Source of the DNA: an uncultured delta proteobacterium
GTDB lineage: Bacteria; Myxococcota; Myxococcia; Myxococcales; Myxococcaceae
Direction: 5' to 3'
NCBI GenBank assembly: GCA_963776345.1
Contig: CAVZMH010000001.1
Location: 96,001 to 160,000, forward strand
Length of the DNA: 64,000 nucleotides
Under the pieces are notes generated by a model. It had not been told where the DNA came from. It did not search any database and was given only the letters and a program-made list of their open reading frames with translations. Below, in pieces: positions 38,171-46,909 of this stretch; position 1 is the stretch's first letter; every line of letters begins with the position of its first letter. The position numbers and the translations under genes are program-made.

Positions 38171-39744
38171 GATCCGCTCCCCGCGCTGGCGACGGCGTCG
38201 CCGCAGTCGACCTGGACGTCGAGCTGGAACTGCATCCGCGACGAATCGCGCGAGCGCTCCACCTTCCCTTCCTTCACCTCGCGGAAGCAGCGGTAGCTCT
38301 TCAGCGCCGCGGCGAGCTTGTCGATGCTGCGCGTCGTGTCGGTCTCGCCCCGGAGCTGGAGCCGGTCGAGGTCGAACACCATCTGGCTGAAGGTGACCGT
38401 CACCTCCGGCGGAACGCGCTGGGCCACCTCGGCCAGCAGCCGGGTCGCGGAGACGGGCGGCACCGCCGCCGCCGGGCTCTGCTGTCCCCGGAGGAGGTTC
38501 AGGGCCCGGTCGTAGTTCTTCTCGCATTTCCCCAGCACCCGCTGGGTGAGCGCGCACAGCCGGGCGTCCACCGCCGCCTCGCGCCGCCCGAGCACGACCG
38601 CGCGGGTGATGTTGAAGACGCAGAGCAGCAGCGCGAGCACCGCGGCGAAGGCCGCCACCCGGACCAGCCGCTGGCGGAGGTAGTCCACGTGCCCGCGGAA
38701 GGCGAACTCGCCCTGGCGGAGGTTGAAGCGCGGCGCGCGGCCGCCGGACATGGCCCCCCGGAGCGCCAGGGTGTAGGCCTGCGCGGCCCGGGGTTGCATC
38801 TCCGGCGCGACGACCGCCGTCGCGTTCGCGGGGAGCAGGAGCACGTCCGAGGGCTGACCCAGCTCGGACCCGAGGTGCTCGACCAGTCCCGGGAGCCGCG
38901 CGGTGCCGCCGGCGAGCAGCAGCCGGGCCACGGGGAGGTGCTCCCGGCCCGAGGCGGCCTTCAGGGTGGCCCGGGTCTCCCGGACGATGGAGCCGAGGGC
39001 GTGGGCCAGCGCCGTGCGGGCGCGCTCGTGCTCCGACCCGCCGCCCAGGGCGAGCGAGCCGTCGCGCTCCTTCCAGGCCTCGGCCTCGGCCAGCGGCACC
39101 TGGAACTCGGCGGCCAGGGCGCGCGAGAGGTCCCGGCCTCCGCCGGGAAAGGTGCGGGCGAAGAGCAGGCCCTCGGAGGGTCGCCCCACCGCGACGCAGG
39201 TCCGGCGGTGGCCGATGTCCAGCACGGCCACCGCGGCGCCGGGCGCCACCTCGAACCGCTCCGGCGCGGCGAGGAAGAGGTTCTGGTAGGCGATGGCGGG
39301 GTGGGTGACCACGCGCGGGTCGAGCCCGCGAACGGCGAGCGTCTTGAGCAGCTCGGCCAGCTCCTCCCGGTGCACCAGCCCGACGATCAGGTCGGTCGCG
39401 TTCGCCCGGCGCCGCGTCACCTGGTGGTCGAACACCACCTGCGAGAGCTCGAAGGGGAGCTCGCCCTCGACCTCGAAGGGCAGGGTGGCGGCGATGCGCT
39501 TGGGGTCGGTGAACGGAAGGGTGAAGGCGTGGGTCGCGAGCGAGGGGCCCGGAAGGGCGACCACCACCTGGTCCGGCGCCCAGGGGTTCTCGGCCAGGAA
39601 GACCGCCAGGGCCTCGTCCAGCGGCGCCTCCTCCGCCCGGCGGGTCTCGGCGTAGTGGAGCACGGACGTTCCTCGCCCGGTCGATTCCAGGAGAACGCCC
39701 TTGAGCGAATGACTGCCGAGGTCGAGGCCCAGCACCCGCGCCAT
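38167..39744 (-). CDS. gspL: Type II secretion protein L (PilM-like actin-fold N-terminus)
   Basis: LGLDLGSHSLK, LPFEVE, LDIGH, LAGG, FNLRQGEF then TM and periplasmic domain. Confidence 0.82.
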   Translation of the reverse strand: MARVLGLDLGSHSLKGVLLESTGRGTSVLHYAETRRAEEAPLDEALAVFLAENPWAPDQVVVALPGPSLATHAFTLPFTDPKRIAATLPFEVEGELPFELSQVVFDHQVTRRRANATDLIVGLVHREELAELLKTLAVRGLDPRVVTHPAIAYQNLFLAAPERFEVAPGAAVAVLDIGHRRTCVAVGRPSEGLLFARTFPGGGRDLSRALAAEFQVPLAEAEAWKERDGSLALGGGSEHERARTALAHALGSIVRETRATLKAASGREHLPVARLLLAGGTARLPGLVEHLGSELGQPSDVLLLPANATAVVAPEMQPRAAQAYTLALRGAMSGGRAPRFNLRQGEFAFRGHVDYLRQRLVRVAAFAAVLALLLCVFNITRAVVLGRREAAVDARLCALTQRVLGKCEKNYDRALNLLRGQQSPAAAVPPVSATRLLAEVAQRVPPEVTVTFSQMVFDLDRLQLRGETDTTRSIDKLAAALKSYRCFREVKEGKVERSRDSSRMQFQLDVQVDCGDAVASAGSGS

Positions 39745-40988
39745 CAGTCCGCCCTCCAGTACAGCACCCGCCCGAGGCCGTCCTGCTGCGGATCGGCGAG
39801 GCGGATCACCGCGGTCACCCGCCGCTCCACGTCCCCGGCCTGCCCGGTGGCCACGATGCGGAAGGTGTCGCTCTTGTCCCCGAGGAAGCTGTTGGCGGTG
39901 GTTCCGCCCACGCCCTGCCGCTGCGTCACCTGTGGGTTCACCCCGATGCCCGCCGACTGCACGATGGCGGTGAAGTCCTGCACCGAGAACCCCATCGGCA
40001 TCATCGCCTTGGCGGCGCGGATCTTCTGCACGATGCCGTCGAGGAAGATCGGGTCGTTGAGGCGCGGGTCCGGACGGGACGGATCTCCGATGCTCCGGAT
40101 CGCCAGGGCGATGAGCAGCGGGTCGTCGCTGTTCACGTTCAGGGGCGCGTTGGCATCCGGATAGACGGTGAGGCGGTCGGCGAAGGCGGCCATGAAGCGG
40201 TCGGTCACCCCGTTGACCAGGTACAGCTCCCCCAGCGAGTCGAACCAGGCGTTCTTCGGCCGGTACCGCGGCGTGTAGCGCGAGTAGAGCGCCGCCTCGT
40301 CCGAGAAGCCGGTCTGCAGCGCGACCTGTCCCAGCGCGGTCACGTTGAGCGCGGACTGGGTGTCGTCGTCGTCGACCCAGTCCTTGAGCGCGAGGAGCAC
40401 GTCGTTCGGGGTGGCGCGAACGTGGTTGGCGTCCTCGCGGTCGAAGACGAAGTCGAACCGCTTGTCGGAGACCAGGTTGTAGAGGCGCTGCACCGCGCCC
40501 TGGGCGCTGCCGGTCTGCAGGCCGGCCATGGCGTTGACGTTGAGCTTCTCCTGCTCGTCCTCGATACGGGCGTCGAAGCAGCCGGCGAAGCCGCCGTACT
40601 GGATGCGCCCCTGGTCGTCGAGCCCACCGGCGCCGGCGGTGGAGAACTTCGGGCGCCGGCCCGCGCCGGCCTGCGGCACCACCGTCTGGAGGAGGTGGCA
40701 GTCGAGCCGGGCCATCCGCCAGAGCTGGAGGTTGATCCCCGACAGTCCGCCGGGGAGCGCGCCCATGCTCCGGTCCAGCTGCTTCTGGAAGAGCAGGAGC
40801 ATGCGGGCCAGGCCCACGCTGCTCTTCGCCAGGTACTCGGCGCGGAGGCCGTCGCGCTGGTGGGTGGCCAATTCCAGATCCACCCGGGTCTGGAAGGCGA
40901 ACTCCGCCGCCACCGCGGTGAGGATGGCGATGGAGACGGTGACCATGAGGAGCGTGACGCCGCGCTGTGCTCGAGCAGGCCGTCGCAT
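39744..40988 (-). CDS. gspK: Type II secretion minor pseudopilin K
   Basis: QRGVTLLMV (no E5), IEDEQEKLNVN, DWVDDD, PKNAWFDSLGELYLVNG, LNVN, VLYWR. Confidence 0.88.
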   Translation of the reverse strand: MRRPARAQRGVTLLMVTVSIAILTAVAAEFAFQTRVDLELATHQRDGLRAEYLAKSSVGLARMLLLFQKQLDRSMGALPGGLSGINLQLWRMARLDCHLLQTVVPQAGAGRRPKFSTAGAGGLDDQGRIQYGGFAGCFDARIEDEQEKLNVNAMAGLQTGSAQGAVQRLYNLVSDKRFDFVFDREDANHVRATPNDVLLALKDWVDDDDTQSALNVTALGQVALQTGFSDEAALYSRYTPRYRPKNAWFDSLGELYLVNGVTDRFMAAFADRLTVYPDANAPLNVNSDDPLLIALAIRSIGDPSRPDPRLNDPIFLDGIVQKIRAAKAMMPMGFSVQDFTAIVQSAGIGVNPQVTQRQGVGGTTANSFLGDKSDTFRIVATGQAGDVERRVTAVIRLADPQQDGLGRVLYWRAD

Positions 40989-41656
40989 CAGAACCTCGGG
41001 ATCTCCGTGTTGAGCACGATGCGGGCCTGGGTCACGTAGCGCGCGTCGCGCTCGGTCTCGTCCAGGGCGTAGATGGAGATGCGGACCCGCACCGGGAGGA
41101 TCGATTTCTTCTCCAGGCGGCGGGTGTCCCACTCGTCGACCCAGTCCTTCTTGTCCGAGTCCCAGTAGGCGAAGTCGATGCGCTTGATGCCCTCGATCAG
41201 CACGTCCTCGGTGCCGCCGCGGTCCATGCGATCGTCGAGGAGAGAGTCCTCGCGGCGCATCAGGTTCATCCGGGTCTGGCCACCCTTGGTGGGCGCCGAC
41301 TTGGCGTAGTACTCGACCACCATCTGGTCCGATTCCTTGGCGTCGGCGTAGAGGCGCTGGTGGGCCATGGAGGTGAAGAGGAGCCGGTCGCGGGTGCCGA
41401 TGAAGTTGGTGGGCCGGTCGTTCTGGTCCCGGTAGCGCCGGAAGTCGTAGTGGTCGCTGACGAAGGCGGCGGAGATCTCGCGCACCATCCGGTCGGTGCC
41501 GGTGCGCAGGGCGCGGTAGCGGTCCGCCTCACTCTCGACCAGCTCCTTGGCCCGGTACCCGCTCTGGAAGGCGGCGGCGATGAGCGCGCCCATCATCGCG
41601 GTGATGCCCACCGCGATGACCACCTCGATGAGGGTGAATCCACGTGCGCGTCTCAC
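40988..41656 (-). CDS. gspJ: Type II secretion minor pseudopilin J
   Basis: RGFTLIEV prepilin motif; WVDEWD..LPVRVRI. Confidence 0.85.
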   Translation of the reverse strand: MRRARGFTLIEVVIAVGITAMMGALIAAAFQSGYRAKELVESEADRYRALRTGTDRMVREISAAFVSDHYDFRRYRDQNDRPTNFIGTRDRLLFTSMAHQRLYADAKESDQMVVEYYAKSAPTKGGQTRMNLMRREDSLLDDRMDRGGTEDVLIEGIKRIDFAYWDSDKKDWVDEWDTRRLEKKSILPVRVRISIYALDETERDARYVTQARIVLNTEIPRF

Positions 41657-42552
41657 GGGCGGATCGGCCTCCCCGACGGGTCGAGCGCGGTGCCGGGCGG
41701 GGTGTTGCCGCGGATGGGACCCCCGAAGATGTTCTGACCCCCGGTGTTCACCCCGGGGATGCCTCCGCCGGGGAAGGGAGGCTGGCCGGGCAGACCGGGG
41801 ACAGCGCCGGGGACACCGGGCACGCCGGGGACGCCGGTCGCTCCCGCGGACAGCGGCGCGCCCGGCGTGCCGTTCCGGTCCGAGCCCTGCCGGAGCGAGA
41901 AGACGTCGTTGACGAAGTCCACGCTCTCGGTGCGCTTGCCCTCCTTCCAGCTCACGGTGAGGTGGATCTCCCGCACGCCCTGCTGGATCTGCTGGAGGAG
42001 GATGGTCATCTGGCTCTGGGCGAGCGTGGCGAAGGGGCCGAGGGCGGAGAGCCCGGAGGCACCGGTGGCTCCCGGCGGAAGCGCGCCCGCGAGCGGGCCG
42101 GACTGCGCGCCGAGGTTGCCCAGGCTCTGCTGGAGCTGGGAGAGGTCGCCCAGCCCCGCCACCCCGCCGTCGCGCCCGCCGCCGAGGAGCGCGGCGAGCC
42201 CCGAGACGCCGTCCTTGCCCGGGGGCAGGTTGAAGAGCGACGCGATGAGCTTGTCCGGCGAGACCTCGGTGGTGCGCGGGGTGAGGATCTGCGCCTTCCA
42301 GGTGAACGCCTCCCAGCCCTCGGCGCGGAAGTCGCCCGCCACGTCGCGGTCGTCGGCGTCGAAGCCCTTGTCGTAGAGCTCCTGCTCGAGGTCGGTCATC
42401 TTCGAGCGGGCGAGCATGGTGGCGACGGTGATCCGCTTGGCGTAGGCGTGGCTGGCGATGGCGCCGGAGTTGAGGTCGAAGATGGCCATCAGCGCGAGCC
42501 CGAGGATCGCCAGGGCCACCACCACCTCGAGGAGCGTGAAGCCGCGCCTCAT
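41653..42552 (-). CDS. gspI: Type II secretion minor pseudopilin I with G/P-rich insertions
   Basis: RGFTLLEVVVALAIL; ATMLARSKM; VREIHLTVSW; G/P-rich tail. Confidence 0.8.
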   Translation of the reverse strand: MRRGFTLLEVVVALAILGLALMAIFDLNSGAIASHAYAKRITVATMLARSKMTDLEQELYDKGFDADDRDVAGDFRAEGWEAFTWKAQILTPRTTEVSPDKLIASLFNLPPGKDGVSGLAALLGGGRDGGVAGLGDLSQLQQSLGNLGAQSGPLAGALPPGATGASGLSALGPFATLAQSQMTILLQQIQQGVREIHLTVSWKEGKRTESVDFVNDVFSLRQGSDRNGTPGAPLSAGATGVPGVPGVPGAVPGLPGQPPFPGGGIPGVNTGGQNIFGGPIRGNTPPGTALDPSGRPIRP

Positions 42553-43274
42553 GACCGGGGGATCTCCGGCTCGCCGTCGACGATCGAGGTCCGGCCGGTG
42601 ATGGGCGAGACCAGCAGCGTCCAGACGTTCTTGCCCTGGCGAACGGTGACCTGGGCGCGCTCGGTGTAGCCCTGGGGGAAGAAATAGAGGTAGGCCAGGC
42701 CGCTGTCGATCTTCGCCCGCTGGTGCGAGGTCCAGACCGAGACCCGGACCCCGCTCATCTTGCGGGGCTGGATCTCCGGGGTGGTGAAGGCGGAGAACGC
42801 GGCGGCCTTCTCCACCCGGGCCTTCTCCGAGTCGAGCACGTCGAGGAGCGTGGAGCCCGTGGGTCGCGGTCCGGTCGGGGCCGCGGAATCTGCCGGCCTC
42901 GACCCGCGGTTGGCGCGCCGGTAGGCGTCGACGGCGGCCTTGGTCGCGTCGCGGATCTCCTGGTCGCGGTCCATCGCGCTGGTGACCGGCCCGCTGGCGC
43001 ACTCGGCGCGGTAGGCGAACTCGGTCGAGTCGTCGCGCGGGAGCAGGAACACCAGCCGGCAGGTGTGCCCGGTGAGCGCCGCGGTGTCGTAGAGCGAGCG
43101 CGCCGCCCCACCGAGCTCCCCCATCGCCTGGCGGGCCCGCGCGCCGGTGAGCGCACCGAGGCCGAGCACGATCGCCGAGAACAGCGCCGCCGCGATGCCG
43201 ATGGCCACGGTGAGCTCGATGAGGGTGAAGCCTCTGGAAACGCGGGGGGGCAGGGCCCATGGCGACGGGCACAC
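42549..43274 (-). CDS. gspH: Type II secretion minor pseudopilin H
   Basis: RGFTLIEL; YFFPQG; SPITGR; between gspG and gspI. Confidence 0.78.
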   Translation of the reverse strand: MCPSPWALPPRVSRGFTLIELTVAIGIAAALFSAIVLGLGALTGARARQAMGELGGAARSLYDTAALTGHTCRLVFLLPRDDSTEFAYRAECASGPVTSAMDRDQEIRDATKAAVDAYRRANRGSRPADSAAPTGPRPTGSTLLDVLDSEKARVEKAAAFSAFTTPEIQPRKMSGVRVSVWTSHQRAKIDSGLAYLYFFPQGYTERAQVTVRQGKNVWTLLVSPITGRTSIVDGEPEIPRS

Positions 43275-43283
43275 GGCTTCACC

Positions 43284-43697
43284 TCACGGCTTCGCGGCGG
43301 TCGTCGGCCGGTTCGAGATGTCGGCGTTGGCCCCGTCGCCGCCGGGCACGCCGTCCGCGCCGTACGAGGTGATGATCGGCCGTCCGCTCTCCAGCGTGTA
43401 GACGTAGTCGTTGCCCCAGGCGTCCTTGGGCATCTTGTCCAGGATCTCCATGTCCACCAGCGCCTTCAGCCCGGTGGTGGTGTCCGGGAACTTGCCCTTG
43501 CGCGCGTTGTAGAGCTTCAGCCCCGAGTCGATGTTCCCGATGTCGAGGTTGGTCCGGTCGATGCGCGCCTTCTGGAGCTGCGGGAAGACGGCGATCACCA
43601 CCGCCGAGGCGATCAGCCCGAGGATCACCAGCACCACCATGATCTCGATCAGCGTCATGCCGCGTGGGGCGCGGCGTCCCTTGAGCTTTCGCTTCAT
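43284..43697 (-). CDS. gspG: Type II secretion major pseudopilin G
   Basis: RGMTLIEIMVVLVILG; PDTTTGLKAL; PKDAWGNDYVY; SYGADG..GG.G..ADI. Confidence 0.92.
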   Translation of the reverse strand: MKRKLKGRRAPRGMTLIEIMVVLVILGLIASAVVIAVFPQLQKARIDRTNLDIGNIDSGLKLYNARKGKFPDTTTGLKALVDMEILDKMPKDAWGNDYVYTLESGRPIITSYGADGVPGGDGANADISNRPTTAAKP

Positions 43698-43867
43698 GGA
43701 GTGACTCCCTCCGCCACCGGGCGGACCTGGGGATGAAGGACCCGCCCTTGCGCACCGGGCCCGTAGAAGGCGATGCCCAGCCCGAGCAGCGCGGCCACCA
43801 CCGCGAGCACCGTCGCCGCGGTCAGCCGGGTGATCCATCTCTCGAAGCTGTCGGTCGCAGGACTCAT
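43694..43867 (-). CDS. 57-aa single-TM protein coupled between gspF and gspG
   Basis: MSPATDSFERWITRLTAATVLAVVAALLGLGIAFYG...; ATGA overlaps with both neighbours. Confidence 0.6.
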   Translation of the reverse strand: MSPATDSFERWITRLTAATVLAVVAALLGLGIAFYGPGAQGRVLHPQVRPVAEGVTP

Positions 43868-45135
43868 CGGATCGCCGTGTTGAGCTGGAGGATCGGCATC
43901 AGGATGCTGAAGGCGACGAAGGCCACCGCCACGCCCATGGCGACGATGATCAGCGGCTCCATCAACGCGGTCAGCGCGCCGATCCGCACGCTGACCTGGT
44001 TCTCGTAGCTGTCGGCGACGTTGAGCAGCATCTCCTCCAGCTGCCCGGTTCGCTCGCCGATGGCGATCATGTGGTGCACCAGCGGCGGGAACTCGCCGGA
44101 GCGCTTCAGCGGCCCGGCGATGCTCTCGCCCTCGCGGATGGCGTCGCGGGCGTTCTCCACCACGCCCGAGAGCACCCCGTTGCTGATCACGTTCTTGGTG
44201 ATGTCCATCGCGGTGAGCAGCGGGACGCCGCTCCGGAGCAGCGTGGCCAGCGTCCGGCTGAAGCGGGAGATGGCCAGCATCCGCACCAGGCTCCCGAACA
44301 CCGGGGCCCGGAGCACGAAGCGGTCCCACACCGGGCGGCCCTTCGGACCGTTCTTCCAGCGGATGAAGCCCACGATTCCGCCCGCGAGCAGCGGGAACAG
44401 CAGCCACCACCAGTCGGCGAGCACGTTGCTGGTGAAGATCAGGAGCCGGGTGGTCCAGGGCAGCGTCACCTTCATGCTCTCGAAGATCTTGGTGACCTTC
44501 GGGACCACCACGGTCATCAGCAGAGCCAGGATGCCCGATCCGATGATGCTCATGATCACCGGGTAGATGAGGGTGCCCAATACTTTCTGGCGGAGCTTCG
44601 CCTGCCCCTCGGTGAAGTCCGCCAGCCGGGCGAGCACCGCGTCCAGCGCGCCCGAGGCTTCGCCCGCGCGCACCATGTTCACGTAGAGCGAGTTGAAGAT
44701 CTTCCCGTGCTGTGCCAGCCCGTCGGCCAGCGAGCTGCCCTCGTTCACCCGGGTCTTCACCTCGGAGATGATGCGCTTGAGCCGCTCCTTCTCCGTCTGG
44801 TCCACCAGGGCGGTGAGCGCGTCGATCAGCGTCACGCCGGCGTGGAGCAGGGTGGAGAGCTGGCGGGTGAAGATGGCGACGTCGTCCGAGTTGACCCGGC
44901 CGCGCAGCAGCTTGCCGAGATGGACGTCACGGCTGCCGAGAGACGGCTTCGGCTGCGCGACCGCCGTCCCGTTGGCGCGGCGCGAGCCGGTGGACTCCCG
45001 CTCGGCCAGCACGTCGGTGAGGAACACCCCGGAGCGCTTGAGCTGCTGGCGCAGCGCGCGGCTGGTGTCCGCCTCCAGGAGGCCCTTGACCTGCTTCCCG
45101 GCGGGGGTGAGACCTCTGTACTCGAAGACGGGCAT
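43864..45135 (-). CDS. gspF: Type II secretion inner-membrane platform protein F
   Basis: MPVFEYRG, FTRQLSTLL, GEASGALD, LIYP, GERTGQL, LMEP. Confidence 0.93.
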   Translation of the reverse strand: MPVFEYRGLTPAGKQVKGLLEADTSRALRQQLKRSGVFLTDVLAERESTGSRRANGTAVAQPKPSLGSRDVHLGKLLRGRVNSDDVAIFTRQLSTLLHAGVTLIDALTALVDQTEKERLKRIISEVKTRVNEGSSLADGLAQHGKIFNSLYVNMVRAGEASGALDAVLARLADFTEGQAKLRQKVLGTLIYPVIMSIIGSGILALLMTVVVPKVTKIFESMKVTLPWTTRLLIFTSNVLADWWWLLFPLLAGGIVGFIRWKNGPKGRPVWDRFVLRAPVFGSLVRMLAISRFSRTLATLLRSGVPLLTAMDITKNVISNGVLSGVVENARDAIREGESIAGPLKRSGEFPPLVHHMIAIGERTGQLEEMLLNVADSYENQVSVRIGALTALMEPLIIVAMGVAVAFVAFSILMPILQLNTAIR

Positions 45136-45141
45136 CGGACG

Positions 45142-46899
45142 TCAGATGTCTTCCTGGGTGACGCTCAGCACCTCGGCCAGGGTGGTCTCTCCGGCCAGGA
45201 CCTTGCGGGCCCCGTCGTCGAGCAGGGTGCGCATGCCCCTGTGCACCCCTGCCCGCTTGATGCTGGTCGAGTCCACGTTCTTCAGCGCCAGCTGGCGGAT
45301 GTCGTCGTCCACCAGCAGGAGCTCGTAGATGCCGGTCCGGCCGCGGTAGCCGTTTCCGCAGACCTCGCAGCCCTTCGCCCGGTAGATGGGGGGGTTCCCG
45401 GCCTTCGCCACCGCCTCGGGCGTGAGCCCCACCTCCTTCAGCTCCTCGGCGGTGGGCCGGTACGCCTCCCGGCACTCCCGGCACACCCGCCGGACGAGGC
45501 GCTGGGCCATCACCGCGGTGAGCGACGAGGCGACCAGGAACGGCTCGACGCCCATGTCCACCAGACGGGTGATGGCGCTGGCCGCGTCGTTGGTGTGGAC
45601 GGTGGAGAAGACCAGGTGGCCGGTGAGCGAGGCCTGGATCGCGATCTCCGCCGTCTCCCGGTCGCGGATCTCGCCCACCATGATCACGTCCGGGTCCTGG
45701 CGGAGGAAGCTCCGCAGCCCCGCGGCGAAGGTGAGGCCGATCTTGGGGTTGATCGCCATCTGCCCGATGCCCTGGAGCTGGTACTCCACCGGGTCCTCGA
45801 CGGTGAGGATGTTCAGGTCCGGGGTGTTGATCCGGCTCAGCGCCGCGTAGAGGGTGGTGGTCTTCCCCGAGCCGGTGGGGCCGGTGACCAGGATGATCCC
45901 GTGCGAGCGGCGGATCACCGCGTCCATCCCGTGCATCGTGTCCTGGGACATGCCGATGTCCGTCAGGTCGAGCAGGGTGGTGTTCTTGTCCAGGAGCCGC
46001 ATCACGATCCGCTCGCCAAAAGTGCAGGGGATGGTGGAGAGGCGGATGTCGATGTCGCGGCCGGCGAGCTTGATCCGGATCCGGCCGTCCTGCGGGAGCC
46101 GCTTCTCGGCGATGTTCAGCTGCCCCATCACCTTCACCCGGCTGACGATGCTGTTCTGGTAGCGCTTGGGCGGCTTGATGATCTCCTGAAGGACGCCGTC
46201 GATCCGGAAGCGCACCAGCAGCTCGCGCTCCATCGGCTCGATGTGGATGTCGCTCGCCCGCTCCTTCGCCGCGCGGAAGAGCAGCGAGTTCACCAGCCGG
46301 ATGATCGGCGCCTCGTCGTCGGTGTCGAGGAGGTCCTGCGGCTCCTCCAGCTCGTGGGCCAGGCTCTGGAGGTCCTGGGCCTCCATCTCGCCCACCAGCT
46401 GCTCGGCCTCGTTCACCGCCCGGTCATAGACCGCGTTGATCGCATCGACGATGACCGCGCCGGTGGCCACCCGGGGTGAGATGTTGCGCTGGAGCAGCAT
46501 CCGGGCGTGGTCCAGCACCGTGGTGTCCAGCGGGTCGGCCACCAGCAGCGCCACCGACTCGCCGTCCAGCCCCAGGGGGAGGATCAGCGTCTGCTTGGCG
46601 AAGTTGATCGGCACCTGGCGAACCAGCTCGGCGTCCACCGCGTCGAGCGAGACCTGGGCGACGTAGGGCAGGTCCAGCTGCAGGGCGAGCGCCTTCGCCA
46701 CGTCCTCGGCCGAGACCGCCTTCCGGGCGACCAGCACCTCGCCCAGCCGCCCGCCCTCGTCCGCCTGGGCGCGGAGCGCCTCCTCCAGCACGGCCTCGCT
46801 CAGGCCGGCGACGGCGCGGAGGATCTCCCCGAGCGGACGGCCGACCAGCGAGGTCTGCGCGGGAGGGGGAACGGAACGGAGCTCGACGGATTCACGCAT
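45142..46899 (-). CDS. gspE: Type II secretion ATPase E
   Basis: ASDIHIEP, PQDGR, GPTGSGKTT, EDPVE, LRQDPD, TGHLV, CxxC/CxxC zinc motifs. Confidence 0.95.
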   Translation of the reverse strand: MRESVELRSVPPPAQTSLVGRPLGEILRAVAGLSEAVLEEALRAQADEGGRLGEVLVARKAVSAEDVAKALALQLDLPYVAQVSLDAVDAELVRQVPINFAKQTLILPLGLDGESVALLVADPLDTTVLDHARMLLQRNISPRVATGAVIVDAINAVYDRAVNEAEQLVGEMEAQDLQSLAHELEEPQDLLDTDDEAPIIRLVNSLLFRAAKERASDIHIEPMERELLVRFRIDGVLQEIIKPPKRYQNSIVSRVKVMGQLNIAEKRLPQDGRIRIKLAGRDIDIRLSTIPCTFGERIVMRLLDKNTTLLDLTDIGMSQDTMHGMDAVIRRSHGIILVTGPTGSGKTTTLYAALSRINTPDLNILTVEDPVEYQLQGIGQMAINPKIGLTFAAGLRSFLRQDPDVIMVGEIRDRETAEIAIQASLTGHLVFSTVHTNDAASAITRLVDMGVEPFLVASSLTAVMAQRLVRRVCRECREAYRPTAEELKEVGLTPEAVAKAGNPPIYRAKGCEVCGNGYRGRTGIYELLLVDDDIRQLALKNVDSTSIKRAGVHRGMRTLLDDGARKVLAGETTLAEVLSVTQEDI

Positions 46900-46909
46900 G
46901 ACGGGTTGG

